A stretch of DNA of 64,000 nt from Candidatus Foliamicus sp. (GTDB lineage: Bacteria; Pseudomonadota; Gammaproteobacteria; Steroidobacterales; Foliamicaceae), in NCBI GenBank assembly GCA_965261845.1, contig OZ253475.1, positions 2,790,152 to 2,854,151 on the forward strand. The letters are read 5' to 3'. Every line of letters begins with the position of its first letter. The first letter of the stretch is position 1. Positions 41,635 to 51,417 of the stretch are shown in pieces. A program made the position numbers and the translations under genes. Below the pieces are notes generated by a model, which made no database searches, had not been told where the DNA came from, and worked only from the letters and a program-made list of their open reading frames with translations.

Positions 41635-44532
41635 ATGTTCGAGATCTTCACACTGGGCGGCGGCACGTATCTCGTCGACCTGCTCAACGCCGTCGCCACC
41701 ATCACCGGCGGCGGCGCGTATATCACGCTCGCGCAGCTCGCCGGCGCCGCCGGACTGGCCTGGGTCCTGTTCCGCACCGCCTTCGGCGGTTCCTGGAAGG
41801 ACAACGGCAAGTGGATTTTGATGTTCGTCGCCGTATGGGGCGCGATGATCGTGCCGAAGGCCACGGTGCGGGTGGTGGACCGGCTCGATCCGGCGCTCGC
41901 CCCGGCCGTGGTCGCCAACGTGCCCATCGGGCTTGCGCTGTTCGCCTCGGCGACCTCCCAGATCGGCGACGGGCTGACCCGCTTGACCGAGCAGGCGTTC
42001 GCGCTGCCGAACGATCTGGCCTACCAGCGCCACGGGATGATCTTCGGGTCGCGGCTGGCGGATGCGGCGACACGGCTCGAGGTGACCGACGCGGTGTTCG
42101 CGCGGAATCTCCGCGCCTACGCCCGCCAGTGCGTGTTCTACGCGCTGCTGCTCGGCCACGTCTCCGCCGACGAGCTGCGCGAGTCCACCGATCTGTGGAC
42201 GCTGGTGACGTCAAGCCGCTCGCCCTCCGCGGGCGCCTCGCCCGCGCGCATGGTCGAGTTCGCCGAAAGAAACGCCGGCGGCGGCGTCGACCGCTCGATC
42301 CTGACCTGCGCGGACGCGGCGGGGAGACTGAACGCGCAGTGGGCCGCGGAGATCGGGCGTGCCGGTGCGGTGTTCGGACGAAGGCTCTTCCCCGGCGCGG
42401 CCACCGACGCGCTGGCGCGCACGGAGCTGATGGCGGCGCTGCCGGCCGCGCACGATTTCTTGATCGGCGCGTCGCGCTCGGCAGCGGAGATCATGCGCCA
42501 GCAGATGGTGCTCAACGCCGTGCACGATGCCGGAGAGCAGTTCGCGGCCGAGGCCGGCAACGCCGCGGCGCTGCGCGCCTACACGGAAGCTCGGGCCGAG
42601 GCGCAGACCGTCGCCGCCTACCGGGCCATCGGCCGCCAGGCCGAGACCTGGGTGCCGATGCTCAAGATCGTGTTCGAGTGCCTCTACATCGGCGCGTTCC
42701 CCATGGCCGTGCTGCTGATGCTGACTCCCGCGGGCGCAGCGATCTTGCGCTCCTACGTGACGGGGCTGGTGTGGCTGCAATCCTGGGGCCCGCTGTATGC
42801 CGTCCTGCACCGGATCGCCATGGGAGAAGCCGCCGAGCGCATGGCCGCGTCCGCGCTCATGCCAGGCGGCGACATCGGCATCTCGCTGGTCGCGCAGGCC
42901 GGCATCCGGGCGGTCGCGGCCGATGTCGCGGTGATGTCGGGGTACCTGTCAATGTCCGTGCCGTTCCTGGCCGCCGCGATCGCGTTCGGGGTCTCGCGGA
43001 TGACGTCGCTTGCGACCTCGGTGCTTCATGTGGGCCAGGAAGCGGCGATCGGCGCGGCCCGCGAGGGCTCCACGGGCAATCTCGCGCTCGGCTCCACGCA
43101 ATTCGACACGCACCGGTATTCGACGCTGGAAGGCCGCCAGATCCGCACCTCGGCGCAGGTCGACGACCACCGTCACACGGGTTACGCCCCGGGCGGCGCG
43201 GCATTCACGGTGACCGGCGACGGGACCGTGGTGGCGGACGCGGGCAGCGCCACCAGCCGGATCCCGGCGGCCGGGGTGCGGCTGTCGGAATCGCTTGCGG
43301 TCTCGCATGAGGCGCGCGCCGCGGAGGCGCGAAGCCAGTCCCGGCAGTTCTCGGCCCAGGCCGGGACGGCGAGAAGCGCGGCGGTCACCGACGCCACCCG
43401 GCTCGGCGAGCGCTACGCGCGCGACGTCTCGACGGGCGAGGCGCACGCCCGGGGCGTGACCGAGAGCGACAGCGCGCAGGTCCAGGAACTTCAGAGCCAC
43501 TACGAAAGGATGGCGGAGACGGCGGGGGTGACGAAGGACCAGATGGCGGTGCTCGCGGCCGAGGCGCGGATCGGCGGGGGCTGGAACAAGATCGTGAAGG
43601 TCAGCGCCGAGGGCTCGGCGCGCTGGCGCGGCCAGACGATGGAGTCCAAAGCGTTCAATCGCCTTAAGGAATACGCGGCCAGCCACCAGGTGCTGGAGTT
43701 GTCCTCACGGGTGTCGGAAGCCTCGCGCCGTTACGCTACTCAAAGCGGCGAAAGCCGGCACGCGGGGCTGGAGGAGAGCCTGGCCGCGAATCTGACGGAC
43801 CTGCAGCGGTTCGAGGAGCGCGCCTCGCTCGCGCACCAGGAATCGGAGAGCTGGGCCGAACAGGCATCAACGGTGCGCTCCGAGGCGCAGGCGATCGACC
43901 GGGAACTCGGTCAGCCGTTCTTCGTCTGGCTGAGCGAACGCGAGGATGCCGGCGGCCGGGCGCTTGGGACGGCGGGCGCGATCCGGCTGGCGTCGCCGCA
44001 AACGCCCGAGGAGGCCGAGACGCTGCGCCAGTACGCGAGTGCGTTTGTGGCCGAGCGGTTCCCCGAGCCTGTGGGACCGAAGCCGGAGTCGGTGTCCGGC
44101 CGCGGCGACTACGACGCCGCGCGCGACACGCTCGACGAGGCCTATTCCCGGGAGACCGCCGCGGCCCACGCCGGGTGGTCGCAGGGCGTGCGCGGCCGGG
44201 CGCGGGGAGCGGGAACGCCTGCGCCCGGTGCGGTGGATGCCGAGGCCGGGCGCGCCCGGGCGGAAACGCAAGGCCGAATGGCCGCCGGGGAGGCGAAACG
44301 CGCCGCCCGCAAGGGCACGAACGAAGAGGACATCCAGCACGGACAGGCCCGGGTCGAGGGCGAGATCGACAAGCCGCTCGCGCGCCACGCCACCGAGAGC
44401 CTGCCGGGCATCGGGGACTGGCTCGCCGGGAAGCTGTTCGGCACCGCCGAGAACGCGGCGCCGGACGGCGACGAAGATCGCGCCCAGGCGGACGCCTCGC
44501 GGCGAGCAGACGCCTCGCGGCGGGCGGATTAG
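41635..44532 (+). CDS. traG: F-type mating-pair stabilisation / entry-exclusion target protein TraG
   Basis: 965 aa. MFEIFTLGGGTYLVDLLNAVATITGGG.Y..L is the TraG_N start. Multiple TM segments and a long C-terminal periplasmic region. Confidence 0.85.
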   Translation: MFEIFTLGGGTYLVDLLNAVATITGGGAYITLAQLAGAAGLAWVLFRTAFGGSWKDNGKWILMFVAVWGAMIVPKATVRVVDRLDPALAPAVVANVPIGLALFASATSQIGDGLTRLTEQAFALPNDLAYQRHGMIFGSRLADAATRLEVTDAVFARNLRAYARQCVFYALLLGHVSADELRESTDLWTLVTSSRSPSAGASPARMVEFAERNAGGGVDRSILTCADAAGRLNAQWAAEIGRAGAVFGRRLFPGAATDALARTELMAALPAAHDFLIGASRSAAEIMRQQMVLNAVHDAGEQFAAEAGNAAALRAYTEARAEAQTVAAYRAIGRQAETWVPMLKIVFECLYIGAFPMAVLLMLTPAGAAILRSYVTGLVWLQSWGPLYAVLHRIAMGEAAERMAASALMPGGDIGISLVAQAGIRAVAADVAVMSGYLSMSVPFLAAAIAFGVSRMTSLATSVLHVGQEAAIGAAREGSTGNLALGSTQFDTHRYSTLEGRQIRTSAQVDDHRHTGYAPGGAAFTVTGDGTVVADAGSATSRIPAAGVRLSESLAVSHEARAAEARSQSRQFSAQAGTARSAAVTDATRLGERYARDVSTGEAHARGVTESDSAQVQELQSHYERMAETAGVTKDQMAVLAAEARIGGGWNKIVKVSAEGSARWRGQTMESKAFNRLKEYAASHQVLELSSRVSEASRRYATQSGESRHAGLEESLAANLTDLQRFEERASLAHQESESWAEQASTVRSEAQAIDRELGQPFFVWLSEREDAGGRALGTAGAIRLASPQTPEEAETLRQYASAFVAERFPEPVGPKPESVSGRGDYDAARDTLDEAYSRETAAAHAGWSQGVRGRARGAGTPAPGAVDAEAGRARAETQGRMAAGEAKRAARKGTNEEDIQHGQARVEGEIDKPLARHATESLPGIGDWLAGKLFGTAENAAPDGDEDRAQADASRRADASRRAD

Positions 44533-44540
44533 TGGCGATG

Positions 44541-44978
44541 TTAGTGGCCGTCGGCCAGGTCTCGTCGGTTGCCGTCCGCCAGATTCCTTGGACTGCCGTC
44601 CGCCAGGACATCGCGCATCCAGGCGTAGCCTCCGGTGCGGAGGTCCAGGTCCAATTCCTCTTCGTGGTCCTCCTCGTGGCGGTAGTCGCGGAAGGCCGAC
44701 CAATCGCCGTGGCGAAGGCCCGCGACGATGGCGAGGGCAAGGCTCGCGAGCACGGTCCAGGCGATAGCCGCGAGCCACAGCGGCGCGAGGAGTTCCTCGC
44801 CCATTCCGCTAACAGTGGCGGTGATCGCGAGGCCGATGGGCCCGAGCACGACAAGACGTTCGCGCCAGCGGCGACTCCGCGACACACGGCTGCGCCGGGG
44901 CAGCCGGTTGCGCCGGGGCGGCCGGTTGCACCGGGGCAGATTGGCACGGGGGGGCGGTGGAATCGAATTGCGGGTCAT
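44541..44978 (-). CDS. Small inner-membrane protein convergent with traG (candidate entry-exclusion factor)
   Basis: 145 aa. Basic N-terminus, two hydrophobic segments (LVVLGPIGLAITATV, LLAPLWLAAIAWTVLASLALAIVAGL), and an acidic C-terminus. The functional call rests on position only. Confidence 0.4.
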   Translation of the reverse strand: MTRNSIPPPPRANLPRCNRPPRRNRLPRRSRVSRSRRWRERLVVLGPIGLAITATVSGMGEELLAPLWLAAIAWTVLASLALAIVAGLRHGDWSAFRDYRHEEDHEEELDLDLRTGGYAWMRDVLADGSPRNLADGNRRDLADGH

Positions 44979-45091
44979 GGACGGGGTCTCCGGACAACGG
45001 GGGATGGGCGGGCCGGACTCTCGGGACCGCCACCGCTTGCCCGATCCCCCGCCCGGCTCCGCCTCTTCGCGGCGCGGGTTGCAGGAGATCC

Positions 45092-47317
45092 ATGCTCGTG
45101 AGGGCCTTTGGCGGCAGCACGCTGCGGGGCGGGCAGACCGTCTTCCACGGCCTGCACATGTGGAGCCAGCTCCTGCGCGCGGCCCTGCTGCTTACCGCGT
45201 TCGGAGTCGTCGCCACGCCCGCCTGGCGGGCCTGGGACCGCACCACCGGCTACGAGTGGTACGCCGCGGCAATCGTGACGGTCGCCGAGGCCAAGCTCGG
45301 GATCGGCTACGAGCGCACCATGCGCCAGGAAGTGCGCCAGCCCGACGGGCGGACCGTCGTCCTCACACTGTCCGAGATTGCTGCCTCGCCGCAGGCGCTG
45401 GCCATGCGCGAGAAGCTGAAAACAGAGCTGTTCGCGGGCGCCGCGCTCGGCGCAAGACTCTCTGCCGGCGCGATCGCTGTGCTGCTCGCGCTGTTCTGGC
45501 TGCGCGGCCGGCAGCTCGGGCGCAACCGCCGCATCCGCGGCGTCGAACTCGCCACGGTGGGCGAGCTGAAACGGCGCATCCGACCGTTGCCGCGGCGGGC
45601 CATCGATCTCGTCTCCCGCAGTCATCCTCCCTACCGCATCGCGGGAGCGCCGTATCCCGAGCGCGCCGAGACCCAGCACACCATCGTCTCCGGCACCACC
45701 GGATCGGGCAAGACCGTGCTGATCTCGGATCTCGTCGGGCAGATCCGCGAGCGCGGCGAGCGTTGCGTCGTCTACGACAAGATGGGCAGCTACACCCGCG
45801 CGTTCTTCGACCCGAAACGCGACCGGCTGCTCAACCCGCTCGATGCCCGAAGCCCCCGCTGGTCGCCGTTCTACGAGGCGCGAAGCCCGCGCGACTTCGA
45901 CACCATGGCCGCGGCGCTGATCCCGCAGCAGAAGGACACCGTCGATCCGTTCTGGGTCACGGCCGCCCGGCAGCTGTTCGCCAACGGCGCCGGGGTGCTG
46001 CGCGAAAGGGGTGTCACCGAGAACCGGGTGCTGGTCGAGCACCTGCTCAAGACCGACCTCACCCAACTCGCCCAGGCCATGGAGGGCACGGTGGCGCAGT
46101 CCATCGTCGATCCCGACAACCCCAAGACCGCGCTGAGCGTCCGCGCCATGCTCACCGCCAACATCGGCGCGCTGGAATACCTGCCCGACACCGGCGAGCC
46201 GTTCTCGATCCGCGACTGGATCGCCGACGACGGGCTTGCCCGGGACGGACCTGCCCGCAAGGGCGGCGGGTTCCTGTTCCTGACCTCGCGCGGCGACCAG
46301 CACGCCAGCCTGCGGGGGCTGATCTCGACCTGGCTTGAGATTGCCGTCAACGCCATGCTGTCGCTTAAGCAGGACGACGCCCGCCGCATCTGGGTTGTGC
46401 TCGACGAGTTGCCGACGTTGCACCAGGTGCCGAGCCTCCAGCCCGGGCTGGCCGAATCGCGCCAGTTCGGCGGCTGCTTCGTGCTCGGCATCCAGGTGAT
46501 CTCGGCGTTGCGCGACCTCTATGGGCGCAACGGCGCGGAGACCATCTCCGGGTTGTGCGGCACCCGTGTGGTGCTGGCCGCCCCCGACCGCGACACCGCG
46601 CAATGGTCGGCCGACAGCCTCGGGCGTAGCGAGGTCGAGGAGATCGCCGAGGGGTTCAGCTACGGCGCCAGCACCATCCGCGACGGCGTGTCGCTGACAC
46701 CCCGGCGCGAGCTGCGCCCGCTCGCGCTCGCCTCCGAGATCATGCAGCTTGAAAGCCTGCACGGCTGGCTGCGGTTCCCCGGCCCGCTGCCGGTCGCCCG
46801 CATCCGGCTCAACTACGTTGCTCGGCCCAAGGCGGCCGAGCGGTTCGTGTCGAGGCCGCCGGCTGCGCCGGAGCAAACGGCGGCCGCGAACGAAGTGGTG
46901 AAGGTGAAGGAAGAGTCGATGGCCAAGCCGCGGTCGAAGCGGTCAAGGGATGCAAATGACGACGCACCCGTTCTGCGGAGCGATGCGCTGGCTCTTCCGC
47001 CGCTGGATACGGACAGTGGATCGAAGCCACCTCCAAAAACGCGGCACGGCAACGACCGGAAGATGGCGAAGGCGCCAACGCGAAACACCGGATCGAACCC
47101 GGACACGAACTCCCGCGGCGCCGGCGGAACGGCCGAGTCCAGGCGCGAAGTCGATGCCGCGATTGCCCAACGGTCCAGCGGGACGGCCAAGGCCGGGAAC
47201 GCAAGGCGCCCCGCGCCGGTCGTTGAGCCAAAGGACCCACCCGCCGTCGCGGACGGTGATGGGACGGTTGAGGCCGATCGCGGCGCGGACGGGCAACCGG
47301 ACTGCGACTGGATGTAA
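45092..47317 (+). CDS. traD: Type IV coupling protein TraD
   Basis: ATG at 45092 after GCAGGAG. Two N-terminal TMs. Walker A is TIVSGTTGSGKTV; Walker B is RIWVVLDELPTL. Long disordered C-terminal tail. Confidence 0.9.
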   Translation: MLVRAFGGSTLRGGQTVFHGLHMWSQLLRAALLLTAFGVVATPAWRAWDRTTGYEWYAAAIVTVAEAKLGIGYERTMRQEVRQPDGRTVVLTLSEIAASPQALAMREKLKTELFAGAALGARLSAGAIAVLLALFWLRGRQLGRNRRIRGVELATVGELKRRIRPLPRRAIDLVSRSHPPYRIAGAPYPERAETQHTIVSGTTGSGKTVLISDLVGQIRERGERCVVYDKMGSYTRAFFDPKRDRLLNPLDARSPRWSPFYEARSPRDFDTMAAALIPQQKDTVDPFWVTAARQLFANGAGVLRERGVTENRVLVEHLLKTDLTQLAQAMEGTVAQSIVDPDNPKTALSVRAMLTANIGALEYLPDTGEPFSIRDWIADDGLARDGPARKGGGFLFLTSRGDQHASLRGLISTWLEIAVNAMLSLKQDDARRIWVVLDELPTLHQVPSLQPGLAESRQFGGCFVLGIQVISALRDLYGRNGAETISGLCGTRVVLAAPDRDTAQWSADSLGRSEVEEIAEGFSYGASTIRDGVSLTPRRELRPLALASEIMQLESLHGWLRFPGPLPVARIRLNYVARPKAAERFVSRPPAAPEQTAAANEVVKVKEESMAKPRSKRSRDANDDAPVLRSDALALPPLDTDSGSKPPPKTRHGNDRKMAKAPTRNTGSNPDTNSRGAGGTAESRREVDAAIAQRSSGTAKAGNARRPAPVVEPKDPPAVADGDGTVEADRGADGQPDCDWM

Positions 47318-50300
47318 TGGTCGTCTCGGTCGGCGCCGTCGCTTCTCCCTCTCAGGGCGTCTCCTACTACGAGCGCGACGGCTACTACGCGAAGGACGAT
47401 CCCGAGCACCGGAAACTAAGCGCCTGGGCCGGCAAGGGCGCGGAGGAGCTCGGCCTCGAAGGCCCGGTCGATCCGGACGTGTTCAAGGCGGTGCTCGAAG
47501 GCCGTGTGCCCGACGGATCGGGCAAGCGCCTCGGCCGGGTCGACAGGGACGGCAACCGCACCCACCGGCCCGGGCGCGACCTCACGTTCTCAGCGCCGAA
47601 GTCGGTCTCGCTCGTCGGCCTGGTCGGCGGCGACAGGCGTGTCGTCGAGGCGCACGACCGGGCCGTCAAGCGTGCGCTGTCCTGGGTCGAGGGCAACGCC
47701 GCGGAGACCCGCCTGCGGGATCCGGAAACCGGGCGGATGGTCCGGGCCGGCCACCAGAAGATGGTCGCCGCGACGTTCCGGCACAACGTCTCCCGCAACC
47801 TCGACCCCCAGCTACACACTCACGCGGTGCTCGCCAACATGGTAAAGGGCGAAGACGGCAAGTGGCGGACGATGGCCAACGAGGGGCTGTACCGCCGGCA
47901 GAAGCTGATCGGCATGATCTACCGCAGCGAGCTGGCGCGGGGTCTTTCAAAGCTCGACTACGGCATCGAGAAAAGCCACGCCGACGGGCGGTTCGAGATC
48001 GCGGGCGTGTCCCGCGACGTCGTCGAGGCGTTCTCGACCCGGCGCGCCGAGATCGAGGCGGCGGTGGCCGAGCGCGGCGCGGACGGCACCGCCGCCAATC
48101 CCAGGCTCGCTGAGCGTGCAGCGCTCATGACGCGGGCGCGAAAGCGCGACGTGGACAAGGGGGCGCTGCGCGAGAACTGGCAACGGCAGGCGGTGGAACT
48201 GGGGTTCGACGCCCGCGCGCTGGTCGTCGAGGCCGGCGGAAAGACCGCTTTGCCCGAACGGGAAGCGGTGGCGGAACCCACTACCGAGGCGGCGTCGCGG
48301 GGTGCATCGTCAGAGGTCGCCATTCGAAAAACGGAGGTGGCGCGTGAGGTGCTGGCGAGCACCGGCGTCGCTGCGGGCCAGGGTGCCGAAGGAACCGCCG
48401 GAACGGCGAAGACCCCGGGGGCCGAGGCCGCGGAATGGGCAGTTGCGCATCTTGCCGAGCGCGAGGCCGTGTTCAGCCGTTCCGATCTGCTGGCCGCGAC
48501 GCTGGCCTGGCGGCCCGGCGCGGTCTCGGTCGAGGCGGCCGAAAAGGCGGTGGGCGATCTCCAGCAAGCCGGAACGCTCCACGCGGCGCCGGCGCTCGAA
48601 TCGGGCGACGGCATGACCACCGACAAAGCGCTTGCCGACGAGCGCGAGACCATCGGCCTCATGCGGGATGGACACAACCGCGGCCGCCCGGTGATGCGAA
48701 GCTGGCTGGTGGGTGCGCGTCTGCACCGCGGACCGCTTACGGAAGGACAGCGGGAAGCCGTGAAACTGATCCTCGGGACGAAGGACCGCGTCGTGGGCGT
48801 TCAGGGCTACGCCGGCACCGGCAAGACCGCTATGCTGCGGCGGGTCCGGGCGCTCGCTGAGAAAAGCGGCCACCGCATGGTGGGGCTCGCGCCCTCGGCC
48901 TCGGCGGCGCAGACGCTCGCGGCCGAAGCGGGCATCGAGACCGAGACCCTGCAGTTGTTCCTTGCCCGCAACGGCGGGATCGCGGCGGGCCGCCTCACAA
49001 AGAAGGGCGAGCGCGAAATGCGCGCCGCGTTCGCCAAAACCGTCCTGGTGGTCGACGAGGGATCGCTCGCCTCCACCGTCCAGGCCCGCGACCTGCTCAG
49101 GATCGCGGGCGTCGTTCGCATTCCCAGGGTCGTTCTGGTCGGCGATTCCAAGCAGCTCGACGCCGTGGACGCCGGAAAGCCGTTCGCGCAGTTGCAGGAG
49201 GCCGGCATGAAAACCGCGACCATGGACCGGATCATGCGCCAGCGGAATCCCGACCTGAAGGCCGCCGTCGAGGCCAGCCTCGCCGGCGAGATCGCCAAGG
49301 CGTTTGAGAAACTCGGCTCCAATGTCGCGGAGGTGAAGCCCGACAACATTGCCGGAGCGGTCGCCGCGCGCTGGCTGAAGTTCTCCCCGGAAGAACGCGA
49401 GCGTACCGGGGTCATGGCGCCGAGCCATGCCTTGCGGCAGGCAATCAACGGACACATCCGGGAGCGGCTTGTCCGGGAGGGCCGCCTCCATGGCCCCGCG
49501 CTCCAGGGCGAGCGGCTGGTGTCGCGCGGCTACACCAACGCGGAGAAGGCGCTCAGCGGCAACTACGCGCCCGGCGACATCGTCGCCTTCCACCGCCCGT
49601 ACAAGCGGATCGGCGTGGGGAAGGGCGATGAGCGCCGCGTTGTCGGAGTTGATCAAAAGCACCGCCAGGTGCTGCTCGACGGCGGCGAAGACGGGACCGT
49701 GCGCTGGAAGCCGGGCGAGATCGCCGGGCGCCGGGGCGGCAGCGAGATCTACAAGGCCGAGGGCATCGAACTGCGCGCAGGCGACCGCGTCCGCTGGACC
49801 CGCAACGACAAGGGGCTCGGGCTGGTCAATAGCCGCACCGCCGAAGTGGTCGCGGTGAAGAACGGCCGGGTGACGTTCCGGCTGGAGGATGGGGGGAAGC
49901 TGGAACTCGGCCAGGGCGATCCGCAACTGCGCCACATCGACCATGCTTGGGCGTCGACCGTGCACGCGTTCCAGGGCCGCACCGTGGACAACGTGATAGC
50001 CGCCATGGAGGCGACGCACCCCCACCTGACCACGCAGAAGTCCTTTTACGTCGAGATCAGCCGGGCGCGGGACCGGGCTGAGCTGGTCACCGATGACGCG
50101 AAGGCGCTGCGCGAGCAATTGGAGGCCGTAACCGGCGAGCGGATATCGGCGCTGGAAGGTATCGGCGAAACAAAGCGCGAGGCACACGAATGGGAACAGG
50201 AAGCCATGCCTGGCGGTGAGCGCGAGCGAGAGCGTGGAGCGGAACTGGGCGGAGACAAGGATTCCGGATCAGCAACGCAACTGCACGAGGCGCGCGTGGC

Positions 50301-50340
50301 CGATCGGGATCGTGGCAAAAGCATGGATGTTGGGCTGTGA
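47317..50340 (+). CDS. traI: MobF-family relaxase/helicase TraI (TrwC-like)
   Basis: 1007 aa. N-terminal VSYYERDGYY (catalytic Tyr pair region). Three-His motif FRHNVSRNLDPQLHTHAVLAN. C-terminal RecD-like helicase (VGVQGYAGTGKTAML, VLVVDEGS, VLVGDSKQL). Confidence 0.9.
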   Translation: MVVSVGAVASPSQGVSYYERDGYYAKDDPEHRKLSAWAGKGAEELGLEGPVDPDVFKAVLEGRVPDGSGKRLGRVDRDGNRTHRPGRDLTFSAPKSVSLVGLVGGDRRVVEAHDRAVKRALSWVEGNAAETRLRDPETGRMVRAGHQKMVAATFRHNVSRNLDPQLHTHAVLANMVKGEDGKWRTMANEGLYRRQKLIGMIYRSELARGLSKLDYGIEKSHADGRFEIAGVSRDVVEAFSTRRAEIEAAVAERGADGTAANPRLAERAALMTRARKRDVDKGALRENWQRQAVELGFDARALVVEAGGKTALPEREAVAEPTTEAASRGASSEVAIRKTEVAREVLASTGVAAGQGAEGTAGTAKTPGAEAAEWAVAHLAEREAVFSRSDLLAATLAWRPGAVSVEAAEKAVGDLQQAGTLHAAPALESGDGMTTDKALADERETIGLMRDGHNRGRPVMRSWLVGARLHRGPLTEGQREAVKLILGTKDRVVGVQGYAGTGKTAMLRRVRALAEKSGHRMVGLAPSASAAQTLAAEAGIETETLQLFLARNGGIAAGRLTKKGEREMRAAFAKTVLVVDEGSLASTVQARDLLRIAGVVRIPRVVLVGDSKQLDAVDAGKPFAQLQEAGMKTATMDRIMRQRNPDLKAAVEASLAGEIAKAFEKLGSNVAEVKPDNIAGAVAARWLKFSPEERERTGVMAPSHALRQAINGHIRERLVREGRLHGPALQGERLVSRGYTNAEKALSGNYAPGDIVAFHRPYKRIGVGKGDERRVVGVDQKHRQVLLDGGEDGTVRWKPGEIAGRRGGSEIYKAEGIELRAGDRVRWTRNDKGLGLVNSRTAEVVAVKNGRVTFRLEDGGKLELGQGDPQLRHIDHAWASTVHAFQGRTVDNVIAAMEATHPHLTTQKSFYVEISRARDRAELVTDDAKALREQLEAVTGERISALEGIGETKREAHEWEQEAMPGGERERERGAELGGDKDSGSATQLHEARVADRDRGKSMDVGL

Positions 50341-50568
50341 TGTCCTGGTTCAAGACGCAGAGAGGATCGATACCGCAGGATCCAGAACCACTGTTTGTAG
50401 AGGGAAAAGGTTCTTTCGCCATCGAGTGAACGTCATACGCGAGTCGGAACACCACAGGAACTCGTATCCGATAACAATGTCGATGTCTTCCATATAGGAT
50501 GGCTAATCGCCATACACGCGTAGAATACTCAAAATATTCTCTTCACGAAATTTCGATATTATGATATT

Positions 50569-51417
50569 TTGATGGTTATGAACCAATCAAAAATACCCAG
50601 ACTAAAACCCCTCCTAGATGCGCTCCCGCCGGGATTTATCGTGGATACGGCGTGGCTGAAGGCGCGGGGCATCGACGCGAAGTCCATCCACGACTATGCC
50701 ACGCGCGGGTGGATCGAACGTGTCGTTCGCGGAGTTTACCGCCGTCCGCTGCCGAACGGCGCCCGGGCGGACGAACTGTCCTGGCAGGTGGTTCTGCTCT
50801 CCCTGCAGCGCTTCAAGGGCTGCAGCGTGCATCTGGGCGGGGAAAGCGCTCTGGATTTCGCCGGTCACGTCCACTATCTGAGCCTTGGAGGAACGCGGCG
50901 TGTTCATTTCTACGGCGACGCACCCTCGTGGCTCAAGCGTCTGCCGACAACGGAACAGATCGTCCTGCACCGATCCAGGCTGTTCGGCGGCGACCCGGTA
51001 GGGGTTGACGAGGCCGATGGCCTGGACGAGGACAACGGATGGGCCGTGGATGTTTGGCGATGGCCCATAAGGGCATCGTGTTCCGAACGCGCGATACTCG
51101 AAGCGATCGATGAACTGCCGAACAACGCGAGCTTCGAGCACCTGGACCGGATATTCGAAGGTCTGACAGGGCTGCGACCCAAGCGGCTCTTGACGCTGCT
51201 GGCGGCCTGTCGCAGCGTCAAGGTGCGGCGGCTGTTCTTCGTGTTCGCGGACATGCACGAACACGGCTGGCGAAAATACCTGGAAACCGAGCGGATCGAC
51301 TTCGGCAGCGGACCGCGGGCGCTTGTCCAGGGCGGAAGGTTTCATCCGACCTACGGCGTCTCCGTTCCCGAGTTCCTCCTTCCGGCAGCACCGGTAGCCG
51401 CGGGCAGCGATGATTGA
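50569..51417 (+). CDS. abiEi: AbiEi-family antitoxin / transcriptional regulator
   Basis: 282 aa. The N-terminal wHTH pattern ..GFIVDTAWLKARGIDAKSIHDYATRGWIERVVRGVYRRP is typical of AbiEi. It overlaps the following toxin gene by 8 nt. Confidence 0.75.
   Translation: MMVMNQSKIPRLKPLLDALPPGFIVDTAWLKARGIDAKSIHDYATRGWIERVVRGVYRRPLPNGARADELSWQVVLLSLQRFKGCSVHLGGESALDFAGHVHYLSLGGTRRVHFYGDAPSWLKRLPTTEQIVLHRSRLFGGDPVGVDEADGLDEDNGWAVDVWRWPIRASCSERAILEAIDELPNNASFEHLDRIFEGLTGLRPKRLLTLLAACRSVKVRRLFFVFADMHEHGWRKYLETERIDFGSGPRALVQGGRFHPTYGVSVPEFLLPAAPVAAGSDD

Noticed and set aside
50340-50500. Small minus-strand ORF (MEDIDIVIGYEFLWCSDSR..) after traI, faintly reminiscent of PemK/MazF-like N-termini.
   Set aside because: It is only ~47 codons, the similarity is limited to a few residues, and the rest of the fold is absent.
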